This document shows, piece after piece, positions 1 to 14,226 of a DNA stretch of 64,000 bases. Position 1 is the first letter of the stretch; each line of letters starts with the position of its first letter. Source of the DNA: Eledone cirrhosa (Eukaryota); the NCBI GenBank assembly GCA_964016885.1, contig OZ024740.1, positions 338,458,001 through 338,522,000 of the forward strand, given 5' to 3'. The notes under the pieces were generated by a model that saw nothing but the letters and a program-made list of their open reading frames with translations, did not search any database and was not told the DNA's origin. The translations under genes were made by a program, and so were the position numbers.

Positions 1-23
1 AGGTGGACCATAACGCACCAAAG

Positions 24-246
<223 letters not shown>

Positions 247-460
247 AACAAGGTTTAGCAAATAATGAAAAAGTTTCAAAATAAATTTTAAAAATTGCTA
301 GTGATAGCTGTGGCTGGTTTGACCTACCTCCTTCTGCCTCTATCTTTACTTCGGCCCTTGATAAACCTGTTTCTACATCATCCACTCTCATCCCAGGAAG
401 TTTTGATAGCGCTAGTCCGTAATTTAAATTCAGGAATTTTATATTCTTTGAATGAAAAGA

Positions 461-544
461 ACCTTCTGACGAGAATCTTTCTTTGCAACGAAGGCCGTAT
501 GGTCTCCGTTTTATTTTTGGGATTCGAAACCGATCGGTAAAGGT
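461..544 (+). ncRNA. Type I hammerhead ribozyme
   Basis: acctt-CTGACGA-gaatc...gattc-GAAA-ccgatcgg-TA-aaggt: stems I and II pair, palindromic stem III, GUA site. Confidence 0.88.
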
Positions 545-942
545 AACTATAGTAGGTAAAGTCAATTTTTTAAAATTTATTTTGAAACTTTTTCATTATT
601 TGCTAAACCTTGTTTATATTTGTTCTGGCTCGTTAATTTATTAACCTGCCATTGAACCACACTGGCATTTGGTTGGACAATACATGCGTACATTAGCGCC
701 TTGTGCGTGAAGGAACACATATCCTATTACTACTATCTCCTCTAAGTTGAGAACAAATTTGGTCGCTTCGACTGCTGCTAGTGATAGCTGTGGCTGGTTT
801 GACCTACCTCCTTCTGCCTCTATCTTTACTTCGGCCCTTGATAAACCTGTTTCTACATCATCCACTCTCATCCCAGGAACAGTTTTGATAGCGCTAGTCC
901 GTAATTTAAATTCAGGAATTTTATATTCTTTGAATGAAAAGA

Positions 943-1026
943 ACCTTCTGACGAGAATCTTTCTTTGCAACGAAGGCCGTATGGTCTCCGTTTTATTTTT
1001 GGGATTCGAAACCGATCGGTAAAGGT
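943..1026 (+). ncRNA. Type I hammerhead ribozyme (second tandem copy)
   Basis: Identical to 461-544. Confidence 0.88.
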
Positions 1027-1209
1027 AACTATAGTAGGTAAAGTCAATTTTTTAAAATTTATTTTGAAACTTTTTCATTATTTGCTAAACCTTGTTTATA
1101 TTTGTTCTGGCTCGTTAATTTATTAACCTGCCATTGAACCACACTGGCATTTGGTTGGACAATACATGCGTACCTTAGCGCCTTGTGCGTGAAGGAACAC
1201 ATATCCTAT

Positions 1210-1778
<569 letters not shown>

Positions 1779-2195
1779 GATTTACATATACATAAACTAG
1801 ACAAAGTCATGGATATATATATATGTGTTTTTGGCGACCATTCACGATGTGGCTCAATGACGAATTAATTAATTAAATAATCAACAATCAGAGCGATATA
1901 CGATAAAGTATGTTCATAGAATCATTTGATAAAATATATACATTATTTCCTCTCCCAATCAACATAATCAACCACACAAAAAGAACAATTAAACAGGGCT
2001 ATAAGATTAAAAAGCACCTATGAAGAAACAATAGATACATAAACGATAGCTATCTATCCGCGATCAACAGCTATAGAATATTTACCCAGCATTTCTAATA
2101 GCACGTGGAAATCGATTAGATATATCGTCAACCATACACAATTAGGTACAAAATCAAAGTTAGAAGAAAAATTGTGTATAAGTATACCAAAATAA

Positions 2196-2280
2196 TGTTT
2201 CTACCCCATGAGGTTTCATTCGCCTTTTGGAAATATCCGATCAAGGATAAATTCACGAGTTTCGAAATCATCAGTAAACA
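2196..2280 (-). ncRNA. Type I hammerhead ribozyme (inverted arm)
   Basis: Minus strand tgttta-CTGATGA-tttcg...cgaat-GAAA-cctcatgggg-TA-gaaaca. Confidence 0.72.
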
Positions 2281-2512
2281 AACTCAACTGGACGAAGATT
2301 TTTCTTAAATGATCCCCGCCAGAAACGAATTCAAAATGGTTGAGATGTAATTTAGGCAGTATTAGGCTGCGCTTTCTAGCAACCAGTCCACTAACCGTAA
2401 GGCACCAATCACATTCTTTCTGACTTGACCACTAGCTACGGCACAGTTCTTAGCCATTTTGAATTCATTTCTGGCGGGGATCATGTAAGAAAAATCTTCG
2501 TCCAATTGAGTT

Positions 2513-2597
2513 TGTTTCCTGATGATTTCAAAACTCGTGAATTTATCCTTGATCGGATATTTCCAAAAAGCGAATGAAAGCTCATGGGGTAGAAACA
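2513..2597 (+). ncRNA. Type I hammerhead ribozyme
   Basis: tgtttc-CTGATGA-tttc...gaat-GAAA-gctcatgggg-TA-gaaaca; stem I 6 bp; one stem III mismatch. Confidence 0.72.
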
Positions 2598-2885
2598 ATT
2601 TTGGTATGCTTATATACATTTTTTCTTCTAACTTTGATTTTGTACCTAATTGTGTATGGTTGACGATATATCTCATCGATTTCAACGTGCTATTAGAAAT
2701 GCTGGGTAAATATTCTATGGCTGTTGATCGCGGATAGATAGCTATCGTATATTTATCTATTGTTTCTTCATAGGTGCCTTTTAATCTTATAGCCCTGTTT
2801 AATTGGTTTTTTGTGTGGTTGATTATGCTGATTGGGAGAGGAAATAATGTATATATTTTATCAAATGATTCTATGAACATACTTT

Positions 2886-3080
<195 letters not shown>

Positions 3081-4316
3081 AACCAAAGATTAGTATGGCT
3101 CATTGAATACTCAATGAATACAATTTTACAATAGATTAGAAGCACTCAACAGTGAAGTTTTACTGGAGTTTTTAATATTATTCAAAATATTAACAAATAT
3201 ATGTCATATATGTTATAAATGTTTGTATGGTGAATGAGTTATTTCCTTTTGTTTACATTGTCCGTAAATCATTTCTTTTCTTTTTAACTAGCTTGCTAAA
3301 TTATATTAGATATGAAATATGTAGATTAATAATATATAGACTATCATTAAAAGGAAACTATATATCAAAATAAGTAAATACAGAAGTAAATATAACCTAT
3401 CATTAATTAATGTAACAACTTTTGAGAGTAAATGTAACTGCAGTTTAATCCTAGGAATTAAATGAAAATTAAAGAATAGTAAGATTTTATGAAGAGAATA
3501 TCATAATTAAATAAAATAATTTGAGTAATAAATGATCTAAATATATTATAAGTATTAATACATATTTAATAATTATTTAAATACGCTTTAAAGATTAATT
3601 CTTTTAAAGTTGTAACAAAATATTTATAGAATATCTTACCTTAAAATTAAAAATAATAATCTATAATGAATTAATTAAATTATATAGATGTTTAATTAAA
3701 CTATATATGTGATTGCTATAGAAAGTAATTTATACTGATTAATTATGGTTTAATATATAAGTATAATTAGCTGAAGCATAATCAAATACAAAAGATATTC
3801 AATTGATTATGTGAATTGATTGGATGTCCTATTTGATCTAGCATTTGATTTTCCCTTATTTTTCTTTATTTTCTTTACCCCCTCTGTTCCCTTTATTTTC
3901 CCCACACCTTCCCTCTTTTGTCGTTATTCCTCTTTTCTTTTCTATATATTTCTTTTACTCATTCATCCATTTATTTTTTATTCATTTATCTATTTATGTA
4001 TGTATTTATTTATTATTTTTTCTTGCCTTTCCTCTTCTTTACACCCTCTGTCATATCTCTAATTTGTTCTACGTCCTTTTCTTCTTTAAGTTTATCATAT
4101 TATTTGTGGTATATAAACATTGAGACTTGATGAAATAAATCACTTCCAATACTGGAATTGAACAATAAAGACCGTAGCAGTATGTCATATATCAAATCAT
4201 ATTTTTTGTTTGATGAGGACGTACTGAAAAACAACACAGTACCTCTGAAATATATATAATAAAGTATATACTTTGATTATGAGAATATTTTTCATTTTTT
4301 AATATTTTGAATAATA
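3081..4316 (+). mobile_element. Non-coding 3' remnant of a PLE with inverted pLTR end (related to 13826-18565)
   Basis: 3081-3198 resembles 13829-13911; the HHR region near 4180-4316 resembles 18433-18565. Confidence 0.75.
4204..4264 (+). ncRNA. Hammerhead ribozyme with C3U core change
   Basis: ttttgt-TTGATGA-ggacgtactg...cagtacctct-GAAA-tatata-TA-ataaag; homologue of 18452-18514. Confidence 0.6.
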
Positions 4317-4354
4317 TATATATATATTATTCAAAATATTAACAAATGAAAAAT

Positions 4355-5706
4355 AGTCGCATACGTCAGCACTTGGTTGGCCTATTTATTTTAGACATAT
4401 TTCGTGTTAGATTCCTGGACTTCCACACGGGAATATACCGCGACGATGGACTGACCTTATCGAGCGATAAATGTGGTCACTACGTCGACCGGTTTAAAAA
4501 AGACCTAGCTTCTACCTTCAATGAGTTAGGACTTAGGATAACAGTAGCTACCAACTTCTCTAGCGTAAATTTCTTAGACATTAATTTAATTCGCACACAC
4601 ACCTACAGACCCTTCCATAAAATAAACGAAAAACTCAATTACATTAACAAGGAGTCATGCCACCCTCCCCCTGTTTTTAGAAACTTCGTAAATAATATCA
4701 GTAATAGAATCTCAAACCTCTCCTCTAATAAGGCTATCTTTGACAGGGCGGCACCCTACTATAACACGGCGTTAGCTAACAGCGGCTTCTCGCAACCTAT
4801 CACTTACTCTCCCACTAACAACAACAGCAATAAGAAAAGAAAGCGTAACAATAGACAAATTATCTGGTTCTCTCCTCCCTTCTCACACAACGTTAAAACC
4901 AATGTAGGCAAAACATTTCTAGCCCTCTTAGATATACACTTTCCCATAGGTCATAAATACTGCTCCATCTTTAACCGACACAAAGTAAAACTAGGATACT
5001 CCTGCGCTAAGAACATGAAGGCCCACATCACCAACAACCCTAAGAGCAACACCCCACCAGGGGGCTCTTGCCGTAAGCCCGAAGCTTGTCCCCTTCAACA
5101 GCAATGCAACACATCCGCTGTAGTTTATGAAGCTGTGGTCACTTCCAACCAACCAAATCAACCACAGGAGGTCAAATCCTCTGTGGGTATGGCGGAGGGC
5201 CGATTTAAGGAACGCTTCCTGAACCACCAATCGACCTTTAGGTACCCGGACAGACGTTCATCCACGAAACTGGTGAGCCACATATGGTCCCTCAAGGTCT
5301 CAAGTATAAACTACTCCATTCAACGGAAAGCCATCACTAAGTCCAAGCCATACGCAAGGGGCAATCTGTCGTGTTGACTATGTATTGATGAACGAATAAA
5401 TATTCTAAAGAGATTACGGAATAGTGATTGCCTAAACATGAGAAATGAATTCTTCACACGTTGCCCACACGTCTGGAAACACTCTTACATAATTACAAAG
5501 CTCCGGATTGAATTACAACAACAACCTAATTTTCTTATCAACCAGAAACTTTCTGACTTTCACAGTTATCTCCCTTACACCTCTCGCACGCTATTTAGTA
5601 TTGCCTGTGTGAAGTGATCGTTTCTGCGCATGCGTGTTCGTACGGTTGTCCTTCCTGTTCCGTATAACCATGTCCATTACGAGCTGAGGATCCGCTAAGG
5701 TGAAAC
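4355..5706 (+). mobile_element. 5'-truncated Naiad-like PLE (RT C-terminus + GIY-YIG), defective
   Basis: ORF 4346-5377 has GIYRDD, VNFLD, CPL..C..VVY and G..FKERF..H; frame continues past TGA 5375 as LCIDER..LN.RNE...CPH; ends in a truncated HHR CTGAGGA-tcc-gctaa-ggt-GAAAC. Confidence 0.9.
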
Positions 5707-7516
5707 AGCATGTGATATTGTTAAGAAACTGAAAATTGACGACAGAACGGTACCCCTATCTCCAGCTACACCGACTTTTAATCTGAAGGACCATAAGGAT
5801 AACTTCGAAACTAACCCTAAAATTAGATTAATATGTCCTTCAAAGTCCGATATAGGTAGAATTAGTAAGTACATATTAGATCGTATTATCCCCCAAGTTA
5901 AGGCTAAGGTAGATATTAAATTATGGGGTAATACTCATCAAGCAATAAGATGGTTCAATAACATTAGGGACAAAAACAAATCTTCTTTTATTCAATTCGA
6001 TATAGATGAATACTATTCCTCTATTTCACCCGAAACCCTGCATAAGGCCTTCTCTTTCGTTAAGACTAACTCGGACCTCACAAACGAGGAAATTAATATT
6101 ATACTTGAAGCTAGACGCACAGTAGTGCACTTTGAAAATAGTTATTGGGTCCGCAGAGATAGACCCTCGGAATTCGACATTACGATGGGTTCTAATGATT
6201 CGGCGGAGGTCACGGATCTGGTTGGGATCTATATAGCCCACAGACTCCAGAGCGAATTTACGGACCTCCACGGCGGAATTTACCGCGACGATACACTTCT
6301 ATTAGTCAAGAATATGAACAAACAAAACCTAGAAAGGCCACGTAAAAACATTAGGAAACTTTTCTTAGAACTAGGGCTTAATATTACCTTCGAACACAAT
6401 CTTAAGGTGGTCAACTTCTTGGATGTCACCTTCAACCTTAATAACGGTAATATAGAGCCATTTCACAAACTTAATGAAAATCTCAAGTACGTTAATGTAA
6501 AATCGAACCATCCCCATTCCATTATTAAATCTATCCCTAAAAATATATCCATAAGGAACTCCCGACTGTCGTCTAATTTGCAGACCTTCAACGAGCATGC
6601 TGAATATTATAATGACGCACTTAGAAAAGCTGGTTACTGCGAGAAAATAGAATATCTAGACGATAACCACATAAGTACTATGAATAAAACACATCTAAGT
6701 CGAACTAGTATTGCACCACACACACACATCAATAGGCATACTAATAGGTGCAAACCAGCAAATAGAGTCAGACGTAGAGAGTACATATGGTATAACCCCG
6801 TGTACAATACTTCTATTAGCACTAAGATTATCTCACAATTCTATACACTAATCAATAAACACTTTACAACTTCACATAAATACTATAAAATCTTTAACTC
6901 GCGCACCATTAGACTCTCATACTCCACTGCACCTAACATAGAACAACTAATTAAAAAACTCAACTCAGCAATACTAAATAAGTACATCCCTAATGACTCA
7001 GCGCACCAGCATAGCAACATACAACGCACTAACACGCAACTACAACCCCACCAAACTATCCAGGATTCTACTACAAAACATAAAAATAATTGTAACTGCA
7101 CCAAACCAGGTACGTGCCCACTGAATAACCAGTGCCTAGCACGCAATATTGTCTACCGATGTACAATAAATTCCGGAACCAACAAATGGTATTACGTCGG
7201 ATGTACCGCAACTTCTTTCAAAGCTCGCCTATACCAACATCAATCTTCGATCAGGCACGAGAAAATGCGCTCCGTAACAACCCTCGCCGATAAAGCCTGG
7301 CAGCTCCGGAGGAACAATCAAACATTCTCCCTTGATTGGCAAATTATTGCAGCTGCGTTTGCATATAAGCAAAATCATCGATTCTGCAAGTTATGCAATT
7401 TGGAGATATACTGCATTTTAACGTCGGTAAACAAACTTTTGAACAGCAAAATTGAACGTTCACTATACTGTAACCATCGTTTGAAAACGACTTTTTCTTT
7501 TTTTAAATGCATATAA
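5699..7516 (+). CDS. Naiad-like PLE RT-GIY-YIG ORF, 5'-truncated but uninterrupted
   Basis: Frame open from 5699: KDHK, RLICPSKSDIGRISK, FIQFDI, MGSNDSAE, GIYRDD, CNC..CPL..CL..IVY..YYVG, CKLC..E, CNH. Confidence 0.92.
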   Translation, partial: GETACDIVKKLKIDDRTVPLSPATPTFNLKDHKDNFETNPKIRLICPSKSDIGRISKYILDRIIPQVKAKVDIKLWGNTHQAIRWFNNIRDKNKSSFIQFDIDEYYSSISPETLHKAFSFVKTNSDLTNEEINIILEARRTVVHFENSYWVRRDRPSEFDITMGSNDSAEVTDLVGIYIAHRLQSEFTDLHGGIYRDDTLLLVKNMNKQNLERPRKNIRKLFLELGLNITFEHNLKVVNFLDVTFNLNNGNIEPFHKLNENLKYVNVKSNHPHSIIKSIPKNISIRNSRLSSNLQTFNEHAEYYNDALRKAGYCEKIEYLDDNHISTMNKTHLSRTSIAPHTHINRHTNRCKPANRVRRREYIWYNPVYNTSISTKIISQFYTLINKHFTTSHKYYKIFNSRTIRLSYSTAPNIEQLIKKLNSAILNKYIPNDSAHQHSNIQRTNTQLQPHQTIQDSTTKHKNNCNCTKPGTCPLNNQCLARNIVYRCTINSGTNKWYYVGCTATSFKARLYQHQSSIRHEKMRSVTTLADKAWQLRRNNQTFSLDWQIIAAAFAYKQNHRFCKLCNLEIYCILTSVNKLLNSKIERSLYCNHRLKTTFSFFKCI

Positions 7517-7926
7517 TGTTACCTTTTTACACCACCGTTTGCAAATTTCTGTTTTATATGTTTATACACAAGATATGGCTTTCTATAATACTAGTACTAA
7601 ACACTGTTTTCTGGACCCCTTTAGAAATAACCTGCTACTATAATAGCCCAAATAACTTGTCTGTAACTCTGTACCTCGCTGACCCCTTTAACTAAATTTT
7701 GTCCGAACAACACCACCAGAAGAATCTACTTCCCCCGCCAACACTAACACGCCTCATTAAGCTAACTGCTGCCAAAACATTCTCTCCTTACAATCTCTAC
7801 TAGTCTGACAGTCTTAAATCCTAGGACTCCCTCCCCCTTACTCACTTCCCTCTTCCCCTTCTCTTCCTACCTCCTTCTTTCTCTTTTATCTAGTGTGTCA
7901 AATATTTTCATATCATTCCAATACAA

Positions 7927-8043
7927 AGGTCTGACGACATGGTGTGTTTGCTTACAGTGTACCTTCGGTTTATGATAATATTTTTATATTATTCAAATAG
8001 CGAGGTATAGGTAACCCATACACTATAGAAACAATTGTTACCT
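7927..8043 (+). ncRNA. Type I hammerhead ribozyme in PLE 3' pLTR
   Basis: aggt-CTGACGA-catggtgtg...tacactata-GAAA-caattg-TT-acct; palindromic ACAATTGT; element ends ~8201 at (TC)n(TA)n. Confidence 0.8.
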
Positions 8044-8197
8044 AATAAATTCTTTATACCCGCATTTCCATTTCATAAACTTCTTCTCCATATTTTCTCC
8101 GGATTTTAAAACACACTTTATTATACGTTGAGCAATCTCTGACGTCGGTTGACTCTATCCAATGCAACTACTTAGTAACATTGGAATACAAATTTAC

Positions 8198-8990
<793 letters not shown>

Positions 8991-9003
8991 AATATATATA
9001 TAT

Positions 9004-9074
<71 letters not shown>

Positions 9075-9189
9075 TAGTAATAATAATAAATTTGAAGACT
9101 AAAATCCAAAGAGGGCTCGATAAGGATAAATATATATCAAGTATATAAGAACCGTAGAGCAAGTATAATCTGTTATTTTAATAAATATA

Positions 9190-9267
<78 letters not shown>

Positions 9268-9346
9268 TATATATAATACATATACATATATGGTTGCATT
9301 TTAATAGGGTACGTCAAAGCTTATTTGTAAAACTGTTATATATTGT

Positions 9347-9409
9347 ATTTTGTCTGATGAAGGCATACCATAATTTAATTTGGTATCCCTGAAATATGTA
9401 TAATGAAAT
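9347..9409 (+). ncRNA. Type I hammerhead ribozyme in a ~250 bp pLTR-like fragment (9292-9541)
   Basis: attttgt-CTGATGA-aggcatacca...tggtatccct-GAAA-tatgta-TA-atgaaat. Confidence 0.82.
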
Positions 9410-9538
9410 AGATATGGTTTTATAAATATAGTTTCCATTTATTAATATCGTATATCTACTCCAAATACTTGTCGAGTGCTTTATATCAGTTATAAAAATA
9501 TTTACTTGTTGTATCCCAACAATTTTAAATAGAACTTT

Positions 9539-10246
<708 letters not shown>

Positions 10247-13200
10247 TTCCAAACGACATAACATCTCACGGGGCGAACTCCTCGCTCTCCGCTCCCTCCG
10301 TAGCCGAGATGACATCGTCATAAAACCGGCGAACAAGGGAGGCACCGTGGTGGTGTGGCGCGCTGACCTCTACACAGCTGAAGCCCCCAGGCAGCTCCGT
10401 AACCCCCTCTCCGACCTCACAGCCCTCTACCAACAAGTTTCCTCCACCATCCAGCACCTTGTATCCTCCTCCCTCCTCTCTCCCACCGCTTCCTACCTCA
10501 TCCCTCCCCCCGCACCCCTACTATCTACTTCCTCCCCAAACTCCCCAAACCCGACAACCCCGGCCGCCCCATCGTCTCCGCTTGCAACTGCCCCACCGAA
10601 CTCATCTCCGCCTTTCTTGATTCCCTCCTCGCCCCCTCGTCACCACCCTCCCCTCCCACATCTCCGACACCAACCACGCCCTTTGCCTATTCGACTCCTT
10701 CACCTTCCCACCCGGCCCACAGCCCTTCCTCTTCACCTTAGATATCAAGTCGCTTTATACCGTCATCCCCCACGCCGACGGCCTACGTACCCTCAAGCAC
10801 TACCTCGCCCTTCACCCCTCCCTCATCCCCTCCACCCCTCCCCCCTTCGCCACGCCGAGCTGGTCCTCACCCTCAACTGCTTCTCCTTCTCGGGTGAGTT
10901 TTACCAACAGGTCACGGGGGTAGCCATGGGCACAAGATTGGGCCCAAACTATGCCAACCTTTTCGTTGGCCATGTTGAGGCCGAAATCTTTGCCCAATAC
11001 ACCGGCCCCACGTCCGAACTGTACGGTCGTTACATCGACGACTGCATCAGAGCCACGACCCTCACCCGAAAACAGCTCGACTCCTTTCTCTCATTCTTCT
11101 GCTCCTTCCATCCCTCCCTCCACCTCACCACCTCTATCTCCACCACCCACGTCCACTTCTTAGACATCTCTGTCGCCATCGACCCCTCCCACCACTCCCT
11201 CGTCACCTCCGCCTTCTTCAAACCCACCTCCTCCCACTCCTACCTCGACTTCACCTCCTCCCACCCTATACGCAATAAACACTCTATTCCCTATTCCCAA
11301 CCCCTCAGGATCCGCCGCCTTTGCAGCCGAGATGCTGACTTTGAGTCCCAGCCTTTTCCCTAGTCAGCCATTTCATCCGCAGAGGTCCCCCCATCCCCCT
11401 CGTCCACACCGCCCTCACTCGCGCCCGTGCTGTCCATCGCTCCACCACCCTCACCTCACACCACCGCACAGCCACACACCGTCTCCCCTTCCCCATCACC
11501 TACCACCCCTCCACCCTACCCCCTCCACCGCACCATCCTCCGTCTCCAGTCCGACCCCTCCACCTCCCACATCTTCCCTTCCCCACAACCTCTCACATCT
11601 TCCCACCCCACCACCTTCCACATCTTCCCATCCACACCACTCCTCTCCTTCAAACGCGCACGCACTCTCTGCACCCTCCTCGTCCGCAGCTCCTTACACC
11701 CAACCTACGCTCCTCCCCGGTTTCCTTCCCTGTTCCAGGCCTCGTTGCAACACCTGCCCCTACATCACCAACACTAACACTTTCCAGGGTCTCAACGGCC
11801 ACACCTTCTCTGTCCGGCACGCCTTCCGCTGCACCTCCTCCAACCTAGTCTATGGACTAGACGTCGGACCGTTTCACCGAACACCTCCGCGATATTCGTC
11901 TCGGCGGGAGTTCCCCCTCGCCCGCCACTTTGGCTCCCCTGGACATTCCGCGCACCACCTCACAGTCGTGTGGCCTACTCCAATGCCACGGAACACCCGC
12001 CACCCGCCTCAGGGTCGAACAACGCACCATCTTCACCCTACAGACCCACACTCCACCCGGCCTGAACTCGCCACTCCTATTCCTTTAGCCTTCGACCGCC
12101 CTGTCCCCCCTCCACACACCACACATATCCCACACTAACATCACTAACACACTCCTCCTTTTCACCGCCCACCCCCTTGGCCCACTCCACAACTAACAAT
12201 ACTAATATCCCCACCCCACCCCCCGACCACCCTCCCCAACTAACAATACTAACATCTCCACCCTCCCTTTTTCACGCACACACCCACCGGTACATATATA
12301 CACGCACTCACACTATCTACACACTCTACTACCACCACTAACCCTCACCTACACATCCACTCCCACCACCCCACAACTAATACCACTAACATCCCCCCGA
12401 CCCCACGCACACAAATACATACTTACACCACCCACTCTACACACCCTACCACCACTGACCCCCACTAACACACCCGCATTCAACCCTTTCCCACCACCAG
12501 TATACTAACACCCACTAACAGCCCCTTCACCACACAAACACACTCATCCAAACACGCACACATACACCAGTACACTACACTACCCCCACACCTTTTCTCT
12601 CCCTCTCCCCTCTCCACCCACACCCCTTCACACACACATACACACACAACCCACTAAAACCTCAAGTAATACACACCCATCCCGCCGCATGACACCCTCC
12701 CCACTCCACTTTTCACAGCTACCCATCCTCTCTCCTGTCCACAGCACCTCCGCACACACTGACACACTGACTTTCACCACCTGCCATTCTCCTCAACTGC
12801 TGCTATGCCGTGACCCTCTGACCACTTCTCCGCACACACAGACACAAAGCCCTCTCCACCTGTCATTCTCCTCTACCCTCATCCTGCCTTGACCATCTGA
12901 CCACTTCCTGTTGCGCGCGTACCCCACATCTCCCCTCTTCCGACCAACACAACCACGGATTACACACCATTGGCCATCGTTCCCACTATCTACTCCCTCA
13001 CATGGAAAATATCCTGTACCTCTTCACACCCTCGACGGAACTTCCTTAGGAACTGACCCACGGACATACACTCAACAAATTTTTTTTCGAACCACGCCAC
13101 CTACATCCACAAAACGTATAAACACCGCACACACGTGCGTACCTCCACATATATACACACTCAGCCTCCGGAATCCTCTCCCTCTCCCCCACCCTCTGAC

Positions 13201-13671
13201 CCCTCCCCCTCCACACGCACACACACACCGACCTACACTCCACCCCACACACACACTTTTTCCTGAACATGGAACCTCGTTCTTCCCCCAACTCTCACAT
13301 TCACATACACACACACACACACACACACACGTACACTTACACACATACACCACCTTCAGCCCTCCCCGCTCGGACAGCCCGCCTCCCTCTCCCTACTCTA
13401 CCCGCCACCACCCCTACACCCTTTCACCATTTGTTTATCTTCATGTTTATTTTTATATTTATTTTCATTTGTACCCGTCCCACCGTCCCCCACCCTTTTT
13501 TCTAAATGTCTCTCCTCCACTCCCCTACACACCCTCGGAACTCTCTTCCTACCCAGTTTTCGCCTGAAGAAGGGCTTATGCCCGAAACGCCCCCCACCAC
13601 TCTCAAGAGCATGAAACTAATAAACCTTTGTTCGTACTGCCTCTCTGTTTTGTTCCAGTTCCATTTTTCAC
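10247..13671 (+). mobile_element. Neptune-like PLE, 5'-truncated and frameshifted, with C/A-rich 3' region
   Basis: [63 protein letters not shown]; degenerate HHR CTGAAGA-agggc ttat gccc-GAAAcg at 13564-13589 followed by AATAAA. Confidence 0.9.
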
Positions 13672-13720
13672 TATATATATACATATATATATATATACAT
13701 ATATATATACATATAGATAT

Positions 13721-13817
<97 letters not shown>

Positions 13818-13960
13818 CATATATATTTAAAAGTTAAACAAGGTTCAATGAATACATCAAAGAATGAGTTTTACAATAGATTGGAAGCACTCAACAAGAA
13901 AGGTTTTCCAGACTGAATCTTAACCATCTATTATGTCAGGGTAGGTCATGCATCATCTTA

Positions 13961-14015
13961 TTTTATCTGATGAGGACGTACTGTTGAACTTAACTCTGAA
14001 ATATGTATAATAAAA
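13961..14015 (+). ncRNA. Hammerhead ribozyme in 5' pLTR, 8 bp deleted from stem II
   Basis: Same as 18452-18514 but lacks 8 bp (agtacctc) of the stem II 3' arm. Confidence 0.6.
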
Positions 14016-14226
14016 TATAATTGATCACAAGAATATCTATTTTGTTAATATTATGAATTAATATTAATAACTCTGGAAAACCTTTTTTTCTGCTGTTGAG
14101 TGCTTCCAATCTATTGTAAAACTCATTCTTTGGCGTATTCATTGAACTTTGTTTAAGTTTTAAATATATATACCTCCCAGCAGGTTGAGCGCTTTTCTCT
14201 ACAATAGATTGCATATTGAATAAATT

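Noticed and set aside
2362-2880. 172 aa minus-strand ORF
   Set aside because: The frame is broken in its own inverted arm and in the homologue at 51310-51868; no motifs.
5375-5377. In-frame TGA as selenocysteine
   Set aside because: Falls at the variable x of CxLC, not at a Cys; most simply CGA to TGA deamination.
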